64,000 bases of DNA from an uncultured Gemmatimonadales bacterium (GCA_963798915.1 CAWCVB010000002.1:672001-736000), one strand, 5' to 3'; shown: positions 27,802-39,438, counted from the stretch's first letter. Translations and numbers: made by a program. Notes: generated by a model not told the origin, from the sequence alone.

Positions 27802-29631
27802 ATGACATCCACGATCGCCAGACTGCTCCACAGCGACACGACCAGCGATTTCCTCATCAAGCGGCTCCATGAATGGGGCGTGCGCCGGATCTATGGCTAC
27901 CCCGGCGACGGAATCAACGGGGTCATGGAAGCGCTCAATCGTCACCAGGACGAGATCCGGTTCATCCAGGCCCGCCATGAGGAGCTGGCCGCATTCATGG
28001 CCTGCGCGCACGCCAAGTTCACCGGCGAGGTGGGCGTGTGCGTCGCCACCTCGGGTCCGGGAGCCATACACCTGCTGAATGGCCTGTACGACGCGAAGAT
28101 GGACCACCAGCCGGTGGTGGCGATCGTGGGGCAGCAGGCCACCATCGGGCTGGGTGCCGACTTTCAGCAGGAAGTGGACCTGATCAGTCTCTTCAAGGAC
28201 GTGGCGCACGAGTACGTCCACATGGCCTCGGACCCGGCGCAGATCCGCCACCTGGTGGACCGCGCCATGCGAATCGCGAAGGCGGAACGCACCGTCACCT
28301 GCATCATCCTGCCCAACGACGTGCAGGAGATGGAGGCGGTGACGAGCCCGCCGCGTACGCACGGGGCGACCTTCTCGGGCGTGGGCTACACCCGGCCCCG
28401 CGTGGTGCCCTATGAGGATGATCTGCGGCGCGCAGCAGAGGTGCTCAACAGTGGTGAGAAGGTGGCCATGCTGGTGGGCGCTGGCGCCTTCGGTGCCGAG
28501 GCCGAGGTGATCGAGGCGGCCGAGCGCCTGGGAGCCGGCGTGGCCAAGGCGCTGCTCGGCAAGGCGGTGCTCCCGGATGACCTGCCCTTTGTCACCGGTG
28601 CCATTGGCCTGCTCGGCACGAAGCCGAGCTGGGACCTCATGATGGACTGCGACACCCTGTTCATGATCGGCACCGCCTTTCCCTATTCGGAGTTCCTGCC
28701 CCCGGAAGGGCAGGCGCGGGCGGTGCAGATCGACATCTCCCCCCGCATGCTCGGGCTGCGCTACCCCACCGAGGTGAATCTCTGCGGCGACAGCCGCGAG
28801 ACCCTCCGCGCCCTGCTCCCGATGCTCAGGCGGAAGGAAGACCGCACGTGGCGCGAGGGCATCGAAGCGGGCCTCAAGGATTGGTGGGAGGTGCTCGAGG
28901 CGCGTGCCATGAACAGCGCCGACCCGATCAATCCACAGCGGGTCTTCTGGGAGCTGTCCCCTCGGCTGCCGGACCGGTGCATTCTGACCTCGGATTCGGG
29001 CTCGTCCGCCAACTGGTTCGCGCGTGACATCAAGATTCGCGAGGGGATGATGGCCTCGCTCTCCGGCAACCTCGCGACCATGTGCCCGGGCGTGCCCTAT
29101 GCCCTCGCCGCAAAATTTGCGTATCCCGACCGGGTCGTGGTGGCGCTGGTGGGCGATGGCGCCATGCAGATGCTGGGCAACAACGGCCTCGTCACCATGG
29201 CCGAGCACTGGAAGGAATGGGAGGACCCCCGGCTCATCGTGCTGGTGCTCAACAACCAGGACCTGAACCAGGTCACCTGGGAGCAGCGCGTACTGTCGGG
29301 CGACCCGAAGTTCGAGGGCTCCCAGCACCTGCCCGATTTCCCCTTCGCCGCGTACGCCGACCTGCTGGGCCTGAGCAGCGTGCGTATGAACACGCCTGAC
29401 GACATCGGACCGGGCTGGGACGCTGCCCTGCGGGCCGACCGGCCAGTGGTGGTCGAGGCCCGGACCGATCCGGAAGTGCCACCGCTCCCCCCGCACATCA
29501 CCCTGAAGCAGGCGCGCGGCTTCAGTGAGGCCGTGGCCAAGGGCGATCCCGACTCCGGCCACATGATCAAGCAGGCGATGAAGGATGCGGTGGAGCAGTT
29601 CCTCCCGCACAAGCGGGGGCAGAAGGTGTGA
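27802..29631 (+). CDS. Thiamine-pyrophosphate enzyme, pyruvate oxidase/quinone-dependent pyruvate dehydrogenase-like
   Basis: YGYPGDGING, ARHEE, TSGPGAIHLLNGLYDA, GDGAMQM...NN. Confidence 0.92.
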   Translation: MTSTIARLLHSDTTSDFLIKRLHEWGVRRIYGYPGDGINGVMEALNRHQDEIRFIQARHEELAAFMACAHAKFTGEVGVCVATSGPGAIHLLNGLYDAKMDHQPVVAIVGQQATIGLGADFQQEVDLISLFKDVAHEYVHMASDPAQIRHLVDRAMRIAKAERTVTCIILPNDVQEMEAVTSPPRTHGATFSGVGYTRPRVVPYEDDLRRAAEVLNSGEKVAMLVGAGAFGAEAEVIEAAERLGAGVAKALLGKAVLPDDLPFVTGAIGLLGTKPSWDLMMDCDTLFMIGTAFPYSEFLPPEGQARAVQIDISPRMLGLRYPTEVNLCGDSRETLRALLPMLRRKEDRTWREGIEAGLKDWWEVLEARAMNSADPINPQRVFWELSPRLPDRCILTSDSGSSANWFARDIKIREGMMASLSGNLATMCPGVPYALAAKFAYPDRVVVALVGDGAMQMLGNNGLVTMAEHWKEWEDPRLIVLVLNNQDLNQVTWEQRVLSGDPKFEGSQHLPDFPFAAYADLLGLSSVRMNTPDDIGPGWDAALRADRPVVVEARTDPEVPPLPPHITLKQARGFSEAVAKGDPDSGHMIKQAMKDAVEQFLPHKRGQKV

Positions 29632-30738
29632 GTCCCGCTCCCTCGGCAGGTGACCCGCTCGTCCAGCGCGTCACCGTGAGCTGCTTCACCGTGCCAACGG
29701 ACGCACCGGAATCCGATGGTACCCTGACGTGGGAGTCCACCACGATCGTTGTCGTCGAAGTGACCGGGGGTGACACCGCCGGGCTCGGCTACACCTACGC
29801 GCACCCCGCGGCAGGACTCCTGATCCAGTCGACGCTGGCAGAGGTCGTGACGGGCCGGAGCGCGCTGGCGGTCCCCGCCGCCTGGCAAGCCATGGTGCAC
29901 GAGGTGCGCAACCTCGGTCGACCGGGGCTCTGCTCCATGGCCATCGCGGCGGTGGACAGCGCCCTCTGGGATCTCAAGGCCCGGTTGCTCGGCCTCCCGC
30001 TGGTCACGCTGCTGGGACAGATGCGCCAGGCCGTTCCCCTCTATGGCAGCGGGGGATTTACCTCCTACGATGAACAACGACTCCGCGACCAGCTCGGCAG
30101 CTGGGCGTCTGACGGATTCTCGATGGTCAAGATGAAGGTCGGGCGCGACCCGGCGGCCGATCCGGCGCGGGTGCGATCTGCGCGTGAAGCCATCGGGCCG
30201 TCGACAGCGCTGTTCGTTGACGCCAACGGTGCCTACCGGCGAAAGCAGGCTCTCGAGCTGGCGATGCACTTTGCCGAGAGCTGGGGTGAGCTGGTTCGAG
30301 GAGCCGGTGTCCTCCGATGACCTGGCCGGCCTCCACCTGCTGCGCGATGCCGGACCTTCCGGCATGGCCATCGCGGCAGGCGAATACGGGTGGGGATTGC
30401 CGTATTTCCGGCAGATGCTCGACGCCGGTGCCGTCGACATCCTGCAGGCCGATGCGACGCGCTGCGCGGGCATCACCGGGTTCATGCGGGTGGGTGCGCT
30501 CTGTGAGGCCTGCGGCATCCCGCTCTCGGCCCATACCGCACCGGCGCTGCATCTGCACCCGTGCTGCGCCCTGCCATCCATCATTCACCAGGAATTCTTT
30601 CATGATCACGTGCGCCTGGAGCGGATGCTGTTCGACGGCATCACCGAGCCTCGCGCCGGAACTCTCGCCCCCGACCTGTCCCGCCCCGGCATGGGGCTCG
30701 AGCTGCGACGCGCCGACGCCCGGCGCTTCGCGGCGTGA
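29628..30738 (+). CDS. Mandelate racemase/muconate lactonizing (enolase superfamily) enzyme; one frameshift near 30280
   Basis: ALWDLKAR, KMKVG, VDANG in ORF 29628..30320, continuing as WFEEP, AGEYG, SAHT in ORF 30184..30738. Confidence 0.88.
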
Positions 30739-30761
30739 CAGCGGGGAGGAAGGCTGTTCGC

Positions 30762-33700
30762 ATGGCCACTGCCAGCCGTCCTGATCTCTCTGCCCGGTCC
30801 CGTGCCACGCCCACCGCCGGGAATCTCAGGTCGCACGACGTGGATGCACGCCACCTCGCTTCGGCACTCCGGGAGGTCGTGAAGGGCGAGGTGCGCTTTG
30901 ATGACGGGAGTCGGGCGCTCTATGCGACGGATGGGTCGAATTACCGACAGGTGCCGATCGGCGTCGTGCTTCCCCGCGACAAGGAGGACGTGGTTGCCAC
31001 GGTCGGTCTCTGCCGGCGCTACGGTGCGCCGGTCCTCTCCCGAGGAGGCGGGACCAGCCTGGCAGGCCAGTGCTGCAACGTCGCGGTCGTGATGGACATG
31101 TCGAAGTACCTGAGCGGCGTGCTGGAAATTGACGCCGACCGTCGCCTTGCCCGGGTGCTGCCGGGCACGGTCCTCGACGACCTGCGCAAGGCCACGGCGC
31201 CATACGGCCTCACGTTCGGCCCCGACCCCGCCACGCACACCCACTGCACCCTGGGCGGGATGATCGGCAACGACTCCTGCGGCATCCACTCCGTCATGGC
31301 CGCGCGTGATGGCGACGGGGCGCGCGTCGCTGACAACATCGCTGAACTGGAGATTCTGACCTGGGACGGCGCGCGGTTCCGGGTGGGCCGGACGAGCGAT
31401 GACGAGCTGCGACCGCATCGTGGGAGGAGGGAGGACGTCGTGGTGCCATCTACGCGGGCCTTCGCGACCTCCGGGACCGCTACGCCGATCGCATCCGGGC
31501 TCGGTTTCCCGACATTCCGCGTCGAGTCTCGGGCTACAATCTCCCGCAGTTGTTGCCGGAGCATGGATTCGACGTGGCCCGGGCCCTGGTTGGTTCGGAG
31601 GGCACCTGCGTCACGGTGCTGGAGGCGACGGTCAACCTGATTCCCGCGCCAGCGGCCCGCTCACTCCTGGTGCTGGGCTACCCTGACGTCTTCGCGGCGG
31701 CGGACCACGTCCCCGCCATCATGGAGCACGGCCCGGTGGGTCTCGAAGGGCTGGACGACCGGCTCATCAGCTACATGCAGAAGAAGGGCCTGCACCCGAA
31801 GGACGTGAAGCTGCTTCCCGATGGCAGCGGCTGGCTGCTGGTCGAGTTTGACGGGGCGAGCAAGGCCGAGTCCGATGACAAGGCTCGTCAGGTAATGGCG
31901 GCGCTCAAGGAAAAGGGCGACGCGCCGAGCATGAAGCTGTTCGACGACCCGGCGGAGGAGGCGCAGGTCTGGGAGGTGCGTGAGTCGGGGCTTGGTGCGA
32001 CTGCCACACGTGCCCGGCGCTCCCCGCCAGCTGGCCGGGCTGGGAAGATTCCGCCGTGCCGCCCGAGCATGAGGGCGCCTACCTCCGAGACCTGCGGCAG
32101 CTGCTCGACAAGTACGACTACGACTGCGCACTCTACGGACACTTCGGCCAGGGATGCATCCACGTCCGCATCGACTTCGACCTGGAGACGCATGAGGGCA
32201 TCACCCGCTATCGGGCGTTCATCGATGACGCCGCCGATCTCGTGGTGCGCTATGGCGGCTCACTCTCCGGCGAGCATGGCGACGGCCAGGCGCGGGCCGC
32301 GCTGCTGCCCCGCATGTTCGGTGAGGAGCTCGTCGAGGCGTTCCGGGAGTTCAAGCGCGTTATGGGACCCCGAGGGCAAGATGAATCCCGGGCAAGGTGG
32401 TCGATCGCTATGCCCCCACCGCCAACCTGCGCCTCGGTACCGATCACCATCCCCGTCACCCCTTTACCCACTTCGCGTTTCCCGACGACCACGGCAGCTT
32501 CGCCGAGGCAACCAAGCGCTGTGTCGGCGTGGGCAAGTGCCGGCGGCGACGAAGGCGGGCACAATGTGTCCGAGCTACATGGCCACACGCGAGGAGGCGC
32601 ACTCCACTCGCGGCCGTGCCCGGCTCCTGTTCGAGTTTCTGCAGGGAGACGTCATCGGCCAGCGCGGGTGGCGTGACGAGAGTGTACGTGATGCGCTGGA
32701 TCTGTGCCTGGCCTGCAAGGGCTGCAAGGCCGACTGCCCCGTCAACGTGGACATGGCCACCTACAAGGCCGAATACCTGTCCCACTACTACGAGGGACGC
32801 CTGCGGCCGCGCCAGGCGTATGCGTTCGGGCTCATCATGTACTGGTCGCGCCTGGCAGGGCGTATGCCGCAAGCCTGGTCAATGTGCTGGCCCATGCGCC
32901 GGGATTGGCCCGGGTCGCCAAGTTCATGCGGGCGTCGCGCCCGAGCGCACCATCCCACGCTATGCGCCTGAGACCTTCAGGCGCTGGTTTCACGATCGCG
33001 AGCCTCGCGCGGTCGACGGACCGAAAGTGCTGCTGTGGCCCGACACCTTCAACAACTATTTCGGCCCGGGACGGCTCGCGCGGCCACCGAGGTACTCGAG
33101 TCGGCCGGCTATCCGGGTGGAGCTGCCGAGCGCGCTGGCTCTGCTGTGGCCGGCCCGCTATACGACTTCGGGATGCTCGGACGTGGCGCGCAAGCTGCTC
33201 CAGGGCATCCTGGACGCCCTGCGCGACGATATCCGGGCCGGTACGCCGCTGATCGTCCTGGAGCCGAGCTGTGCGGCCGGCCTTCCGGGACGAACTCATC
33301 AACTCTTTCCCCACGACGAAGATGCTCACCGACTGAGCCGCCAGACCCTGCTGCTGAGCGAATTTCTCGAGCGGGAGAAGCCGGGGTTCGGGCACTGCCG
33401 CACGTCGGGCGCACGGCGCTGGTGCACGGGCATTGCCACCAGAAGTCCATGATGGGCATGAGCGACGAGCAGGCCGTCCTGCGAGCGCCTCGGCGTCGAT
33501 ATCAGCATGCCTGACCCGGCTGCTGCGGCATGGCCGGGCGCATTCGGGTTCAGTCGGGGTGAGCACTACGATGTGTCGATCAAGTGCGGCGAGCGGCGTG
33601 CTGCTGCCGGCGGTCCGGGAGGCGGACAAGCGACACGATGATCATCGCCGACGGATTCAGCTGCCGGGAACAGATCGAGCAGACCACGGGTCGACGCATG

Positions 33701-33777
33701 CGCTGCATCTCGCCGAGGTGCTCCAGATGGCGCTGCCGCATGCAGACGAACGGGGAAAGGAAGGTGCACATGCCTGA
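30762..33777 (+). pseudogene. FAD-binding + (Fe-S)-binding oxidoreductase (D-lactate/glycolate dehydrogenase-like), broken by many frameshifts
   Basis: RGGGTSLAGQ, GSEGTC, YGHFGQGCIH, SGEHGDG, CVGVGKC, CLACKGCKADCP, HGHCHQ are spread over different frames. Confidence 0.85.
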
Positions 33778-34786
33778 GGGCCAACACGCCAGCCGCGTCG
33801 TCGTCATTACCGGCGCATCCGCCGGCGTCGGGCGCGCGACGGTTCGCCGATTCGCTCGCGAAGGGGCGCGGATCGGGCTGATTGCGCGCGGCCGAGCCGG
33901 GCTCGAGGCGGCCGCGCGCGAGGTGGAAGCTGCCGGCGGCACCGCGCTGGTGCTGCCCCTGGACGTGGCCGATGCGGACGCGGTCGAGGCCGCGGCAGCC
34001 AGGGTCGAGGATGAGCTCGGGCCTATTGACCTGTGGATCAATGTGGCAATGACGTCGGTCTTCTCCCCGGTCAAGGAAATGAAGCCGGAGGAGTTCAAGC
34101 GTGTGACCGAGGTGACCTACCTTGGCTACGTCTACGGCACACTCGCGGCGCTCAAGCGGATGCTGCCGCGCGACCGCGGCGTCATCGTCCAGGTCGGCTC
34201 GGCCCTGGCCTACCGCGGCATACCGCTCCAGTCCGCATACTGCGCGTCGAAGCACGCCATCCAGGGCTTCATGGATTCGCTCCGGACCGAGTTGCTACAC
34301 GACGGAAGCAACGTGAAGGTGACGATGGTGCAGATGCCAGCCCTCAATACTCCGCAATTCCGGTGGGTCCTGAGTCGACTGCCGCGAGAAGCGCAGCCGG
34401 TGCCGCCCATCTTCCAGCCCGAAGTGGCGGCCGACGCAGTCCATTTCGCGGCCGCTCATCCGAGGCGTGAACTGCTCGTGGGTTTTCCGACCGTGCGGGC
34501 GGTGGTGGGCAACAAGCTGGTACCCGGAGTGGCCGACGCCGTGCTGGCCCGCAATGGATATGCGAGCCAGCAGACGAAGCAGCGACGCACAGTGCGCCCG
34601 GACAACCTCTGGGAGCCGGTGGATGGCGAGGTTGACCATGGCGCACATGGGGTATTCAATGGGCGCGCCCGTCCCTGGAGTGCCCAGCTCTGGGCCAGCA
34701 TGCACCGGGGCGGTATCACCCTGGTGCTCGCCGGCCTGAGCGTGGCGACAGCGGCAGCCGCGATAGCGCGCAGCCGGCGCGGATGA
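33770..34786 (+). CDS. SDR family oxidoreductase
   Basis: TGASAGVG, QVGS, YCASK; C-terminal TM helix. Confidence 0.92.
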   Translation: MPEGQHASRVVVITGASAGVGRATVRRFAREGARIGLIARGRAGLEAAAREVEAAGGTALVLPLDVADADAVEAAAARVEDELGPIDLWINVAMTSVFSPVKEMKPEEFKRVTEVTYLGYVYGTLAALKRMLPRDRGVIVQVGSALAYRGIPLQSAYCASKHAIQGFMDSLRTELLHDGSNVKVTMVQMPALNTPQFRWVLSRLPREAQPVPPIFQPEVAADAVHFAAAHPRRELLVGFPTVRAVVGNKLVPGVADAVLARNGYASQQTKQRRTVRPDNLWEPVDGEVDHGAHGVFNGRARPWSAQLWASMHRGGITLVLAGLSVATAAAAIARSRRG

Positions 34787-34808
34787 GCGTGCCGGCGCCA
34801 GCGGCCCA

Positions 34809-35369
34809 CTATTCGGGGAGAGTGAAACTTTCCTTCAGCGTCCACACCTTCAGTGCAAAGAAGATGCGGATCATCGTCGCGTAGTCGCCTTCGCTGACAA
34901 GCACCACCAGCGCTTTCGCGTCGGTGCCCCTGGTGCGATTGACGTTTTCCTTGACGCGCATCCTGCCCTTGAGACCATCGAACCACGATGGCAGCAGGCT
35001 GCGCTGGTCACCCCGCACAATGACCCGACTGCGTCCACCCGTCGGATCGGCCAGGGCCACCTGGCAATAGCGCTTGCCCCGCGCCTCGCCGAGGGTGGCA
35101 CGCATGAAGGTGATGGATCGGTCCGGAAGCTCGGCCCAGACCTTGATGTTCGGCGTGGTGCGAGGCCGGATCTCCAGGCGATCCTTGGCGCGCTTGGGAA
35201 TCCGCGCCATGAACTCCCAGGTGCTGCGAGCGCTGAAGTTGCCATCAGTGACGAGAAAGGTCTGCTCGGTACCCTGCTGAGCGGTGCCGCCAAATGTCCA
35301 GCTGGCCGGTCGCCGGTCGCCGGCCTCCACCACAACCTTGTCGAGCTGGTACTTGCGTCGCCTCGGCAT
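34809..35369 (-). CDS. Hypothetical basic protein (186 aa)
   Basis: GGAG before ATG; globular-looking sequence; no family recognised. Confidence 0.7.
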   Translation of the reverse strand: MPRRRKYQLDKVVVEAGDRRPASWTFGGTAQQGTEQTFLVTDGNFSARSTWEFMARIPKRAKDRLEIRPRTTPNIKVWAELPDRSITFMRATLGEARGKRYCQVALADPTGGRSRVIVRGDQRSLLPSWFDGLKGRMRVKENVNRTRGTDAKALVVLVSEGDYATMIRIFFALKVWTLKESFTLPE

Positions 35370-35491
35370 CGGTAGCTCCTTGGACGTCGGGAAGTCGGGA
35401 ACGAACAGCCGGACAGCAGTTCGTCAAGGCATCATCCCGGGTGCTCATGGGTTCCGACGTGTGTCGGAACGACCACCGGGCAGGTCACTGG

Positions 35492-35518
35492 CCGTCCAAC
35501 CGTCTAGCCGTCTAGCCG
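35492..35518 (+). repeat. Short octamer tandem repeat (CCGTCTAG-like) x ~3
   Basis: ccgtccaa ccgtctag ccgtctag ccg at the end of the PPIase gene. Confidence 0.6.
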
Positions 35519-36937
35519 CCTGATAGACAAAATCACGTCTCCCTCCAGGATGCCGTCAACCACATCCATGCCCTCGACCACCTCGCCAAAGACGGTGTAA
35601 TCGGGGTTGAGCCGGAGGTTGTCGCGCAGGTTCACGAACCACTGGGCGTCGCCGGTGTCGTGCGCACGTGTGCTCATGCCCACTGTGCCGCGCACATGGG
35701 GCACGCCCCCGAGTTCGTCCCGGAAATAGCGAGCGTATCCCGAATACTCGTTGTTGAGCGGGCCGCCGCCCTGGATCACGAAGTCAGGCTCCACCCGATG
35801 CCATGTCATGCCGTCGTAATAGCGCTGGTCGACGAGGTCCAGGATGCGTGCTGCCGTGATCGGCGCCGCATCCCCGCGGAGTCGCACCACGAAGCTGCCG
35901 CCGCCGCTGGCCGGACTCAAGGTGACACGCACGCGAATGTCCGCTCCCAGGGCGAGCGCCACCGCTTCCGGTGGCAAGGAGGCATCCGCAGCCGGCGGCC
36001 GGTCATCGCTCGCAGGCCGGCCGGCGGCCTTGAGCAGCGCCAGCCGAACATCGCGTGCCGACGCATTGGCGCGGTGAACCCATTGCTCGAATGTTGCGCT
36101 CGCCCGTCGCGGCACGCTTGAGTCGGGCGAGCCCACCAGCGCCAGGGCAGCTGCTCGCACCACTTGCGGTGCGTCGGTCGAGAGCGCCTTGAGGAAGATT
36201 GCGTCGGCGCGATGTCCACTGAGCCGGGCGAGTGCCTCGAGCGCGGCCTCGCGCACGTTGGGATCGGCGTCGGTCGCCAACGCGGTCAGGGTCGTGGTAT
36301 CGCCAAGCACGGCTGCCGCTCGCGCGGCATAGAGCCGAAGATGCGCATTCGGATGCGCCACGAGGCGTTGCACCCAGCGGCCCGCGCGCTCGGGCTGGAG
36401 CCGCGTGAGCGCCACCAGCGCATGGGCGGCCGCCTGCCAGGATACGCCCCCGCGGATCCGATGCGAAACATCACCGGGCATGGAGTCGAGCCACTGTACG
36501 ACCCTGCCCACCAGCGCCGTATCATCGGCACAGCTTGCACGCGCCAGGTCCGCGGCATGGAGCCGCACGGGCCAGGCGCTGTCGCTCAGGGCTGCGCGGA
36601 GGGCTGGGCAATCATCACGCGCCGCGCCGAGTGCCCGGAAGCGCAGCCGCCACGCAGGTTCCGGCCAGTGCGTCGGTGCCGGGAGCGCGGGCAACGAGTC
36701 ACGAGCGCGGAAGGCGGTATCCCTGATCCGGCCTATCGCTCGAATTGCCAGCAGGCGCACCACCGGGCTGTCGTGCCGGACGCCCTGCGCCAGCGCTGGA
36801 TCGGCGGAATCGCGTCGGTCCTCGGCGAGCAGCACCCGTCCAATCAGCGCCGAGTCGGCCCGGGTGATGCTGGCGCCCTGGGCGGTCAGCATCCGCGAGC
36901 CGGCAGAGAACAGGGCGAGCACCAGGAGAGCGCGCAC
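35504..36937 (-). CDS. HEAT-repeat + cyclophilin-type peptidyl-prolyl isomerase
   Basis: Signal peptide; HEAT-like repeats; YYDGMTWHRVEPDFVIQGG, RGTVGMS, YTVFGEVVEGMDVV. Confidence 0.9.
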   Translation of the reverse strand: MRALLVLALFSAGSRMLTAQGASITRADSALIGRVLLAEDRRDSADPALAQGVRHDSPVVRLLAIRAIGRIRDTAFRARDSLPALPAPTHWPEPAWRLRFRALGAARDDCPALRAALSDSAWPVRLHAADLARASCADDTALVGRVVQWLDSMPGDVSHRIRGGVSWQAAAHALVALTRLQPERAGRWVQRLVAHPNAHLRLYAARAAAVLGDTTTLTALATDADPNVREAALEALARLSGHRADAIFLKALSTDAPQVVRAAALALVGSPDSSVPRRASATFEQWVHRANASARDVRLALLKAAGRPASDDRPPAADASLPPEAVALALGADIRVRVTLSPASGGGSFVVRLRGDAAPITAARILDLVDQRYYDGMTWHRVEPDFVIQGGGPLNNEYSGYARYFRDELGGVPHVRGTVGMSTRAHDTGDAQWFVNLRDNLRLNPDYTVFGEVVEGMDVVDGILEGDVILSIRRLDG

Positions 36938-37025
36938 GTGAAACCCGCGTTGAGGAAGAACAGGATTAATGAAGCGATCCGGTTGAATGTCCTGCTTTTG
37001 GGCCCTGCGCGCTACTCCCCGCCCC

Positions 37026-37493
37026 CTAGCCGCGCAGCCTGGGAGAGGCGGCCAGGACGTCCAGCAGCGGAACCTGTGCCGGCAGAATGCGGCGGCGGGC
37101 CTCGTCCAGCGAAAACCACTCGGCGCGATCCACTTCCGGATAATGATGAATTCGGCCTGAGCCTCTGGGCCACTCCACCGCAAACATGCTGCTGGTGAGC
37201 GTCTGCGGATCAAAGTCTCCCTCGAGGGCCCACGCATGCACCAGCTTTCCGCCCCGCTGCTTCACATGCCCCAACGCAAATGGCTCACCCACCGGCTCCA
37301 ATCCCGTCTCTTCACGGAATTCGCGCCGGGCGGCGGCAAGCAGGTCCTCGCCGGGCGCCACCTCGCCCTTGGGCAGTGACCACGCACCAAGATCCTTGCG
37401 TGCCCAGAACGGCCCGCCGAGGTGAACCAGCAGGACCTCGGGTCCAGAGGGCCGCCGGCGAAAGAGAATGAGTCCGGCCGAGATCACGGGCAT
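37026..37493 (-). CDS. NUDIX hydrolase (predicted NTP pyrophosphohydrolase)
   Basis: SAGLILFR, HLGGPFW, PKGE...AARREFREETG, PEVDRAEWF. Confidence 0.9.
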   Translation of the reverse strand: MPVISAGLILFRRRPSGPEVLLVHLGGPFWARKDLGAWSLPKGEVAPGEDLLAAARREFREETGLEPVGEPFALGHVKQRGGKLVHAWALEGDFDPQTLTSSMFAVEWPRGSGRIHHYPEVDRAEWFSLDEARRRILPAQVPLLDVLAASPRLRG

Positions 37494-37621
37494 CCCGGGA
37501 AGTAGGAGCCGACGCGGGCAAGCGCAAGTACCGCGCGGGCACATGCAATTTGGAGGTACCTTGACTGGGACCGGGCCCGGCCCGCCTATCATCCACCCTC
37601 TCCTTCCACTCGGGACAGCCC

Positions 37622-39323
37622 ATGACGTCTCGCCGGGACTTTGTGCAGCAGGGCGCGCTCGGCATTGCCGCCCTGTCCGCACCCGCCACCATCCTCGTCT
37701 CGCCCCGTCGCATGCACGCTCGTGCTGCGTCACCCGGTATGCCCGACCTGCGGCGGCCGCCAGATCTCGTCGCCGCGGAAATTCCGGAGCGGAGTGCTTC
37801 TCGCCCAGGCCTCCGGCGGCGAGCGCTGGGAGGGAGCCGGGCTCGCCATCAGGATCAGCGACACGGCGGGCGGGATGCGTGTCGCGCTGTCTGCGCCGGG
37901 CGTGGCCGTCAGGCGACTTCACCTTCGCTGGCGAATGCGGATGGACTCCGCCCGGCTGCTGCTTGGCGATGCCTGGGAGCGGGCCTACGGCGATCTGGAA
38001 TGGCGCGGCATGGTGCCTGACCGGGTCTTGCCCTGGTACGCAGCCCTCTGGGATGGCGACCGCGCGCACTGCCTCGGTGTCCAGACCGGCGCGGGTGCAT
38101 TCTGCTTCTGGCAGGTCGATCCTGAAGGCGTGAGTCTCTGGGCCGATGTACGGAGCGGCGGAATGGGCGTCGAGCTGGGACGGCGCTCACTACATGTCTG
38201 CACCATCATTGCGCACGCCGGCGATGCGGGCGAAAGCGCTTTCTCGGCGATTCATGCTTTCTGCCGCCAGATGTGTCCGGCGCCAAGGCTTCCGTCGCAG
38301 CCGGTCTATGGAACCAATGACTGGTACTGGGCTTACGGCAAAAACAGCGGCGTGTCGGCCTTGCGCGATGCCGAGACCATCGTCGCGCTGTCACCAGGCG
38401 GCGCGAACCGGCCTTTCAGTGTCATTGACGACGGCTGGCAACCGGGACGAGGAGCCGCGAAGGCGGACGCCGGCAGGTGGGATCATGGCAACGAGAAATT
38501 CCCGGACATGCCGGCCACGGCGGCTGCCATCAGGCGCGCGGGTGCGCGACCGGGCATCTGGATCCGGCCGCTGGAGGCGCCATCGGACGCTCCCGAGAGT
38601 TGGCGGCTTCCCCGAGAACACTCGACGCTCGATCCGACAGTGGCCGGCGTGCGCGAGAAGATCACCGGGGACATTCGCCGGCTGGCCGACTGGGGATTCG
38701 AACTCATCAAGCATGACTATTCGACCTATGACCTGATGGGCCGATGGGGCTTTGCCATGGGTGCGGCGCTCACCGACGACAACTGGACCTTCGCCGAGGG
38801 GCCCATCCGGACCACTGCCGAAGTGATTGACGGGCTTTACCGCACCATGCGCGAGGCGGCGGGCGAGGCCATGCTCCTGGGATGCAACACGATCAGCCAT
38901 CTCTCCGCGGGTCACTTCGAGATGTGCCGCATCGGCGACGACACCAGTGGCACCGAGTGGTTGCGGACCCGGAAGATGGGCGTGAATGCATTGGCCTTTC
39001 GCGGGCCGCAGCATGGCGCCTTCTACGCTGCCGATCCCGATTGCGTTGGCGTCACCACCCACATTCCGTGGGAGGAGAATCGCCAGTGGCTCGACCTGCT
39101 GGCACGCAGTGGGACCATGCTGTTTGTCTCGCTCGCTCCGGATGCGCTTGATGATGCCAAGCGTCGTGACCTGCGCTCGGCCCTGGCGGTCGCGGCCCAG
39201 TCGCAGCCGTTGGGTGAGCCGCAGGACTGGCAGCGGAGCACCTGGCCCGAGCGGTGGCGGCTGACGGGCGACCAGCAGTCCTACGATTGGATCGGACCTG
39301 AAGGAATTTCGTCACCGTCATGA
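37622..39323 (+). CDS. Tat-exported GH36/GH27-clan alpha-galactosidase-like enzyme; frameshift near 37780
   Basis: MTSRRDFV Tat signal in frame 37622; IDDGWQ, GIWIRP, IKHDY, CRIGDD in frame 37641. Confidence 0.8.
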
Positions 39324-39438
39324 GCAGCTGGGTGCGGGTTGGTGGGGAGTGACCCTTCAAGCTGCAACCGGTGCCGGCAGGCCGCCAGAGCGTGCGCAAC
39401 CGGCATATTATTCCTTGGTGCATCTTCCGGAGCAGACC

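Noticed and set aside
27052..29610. 852-aa minus-strand ORF, and similar long ORFs such as 47955..49988, 55114..56649 and 6273..7706
   Set aside because: Antisense shadows of well-supported genes; expected in high-GC DNA and carrying no motifs
18600..35400. Accessory block as a defined mobile element
   Set aside because: No integrase, transposase, tRNA target or flanking direct repeats found
36955..37000. Hairpin CAGGAT...GTCCTG as an ncRNA or tRNA
   Set aside because: Single weak stem; no cloverleaf or known motif
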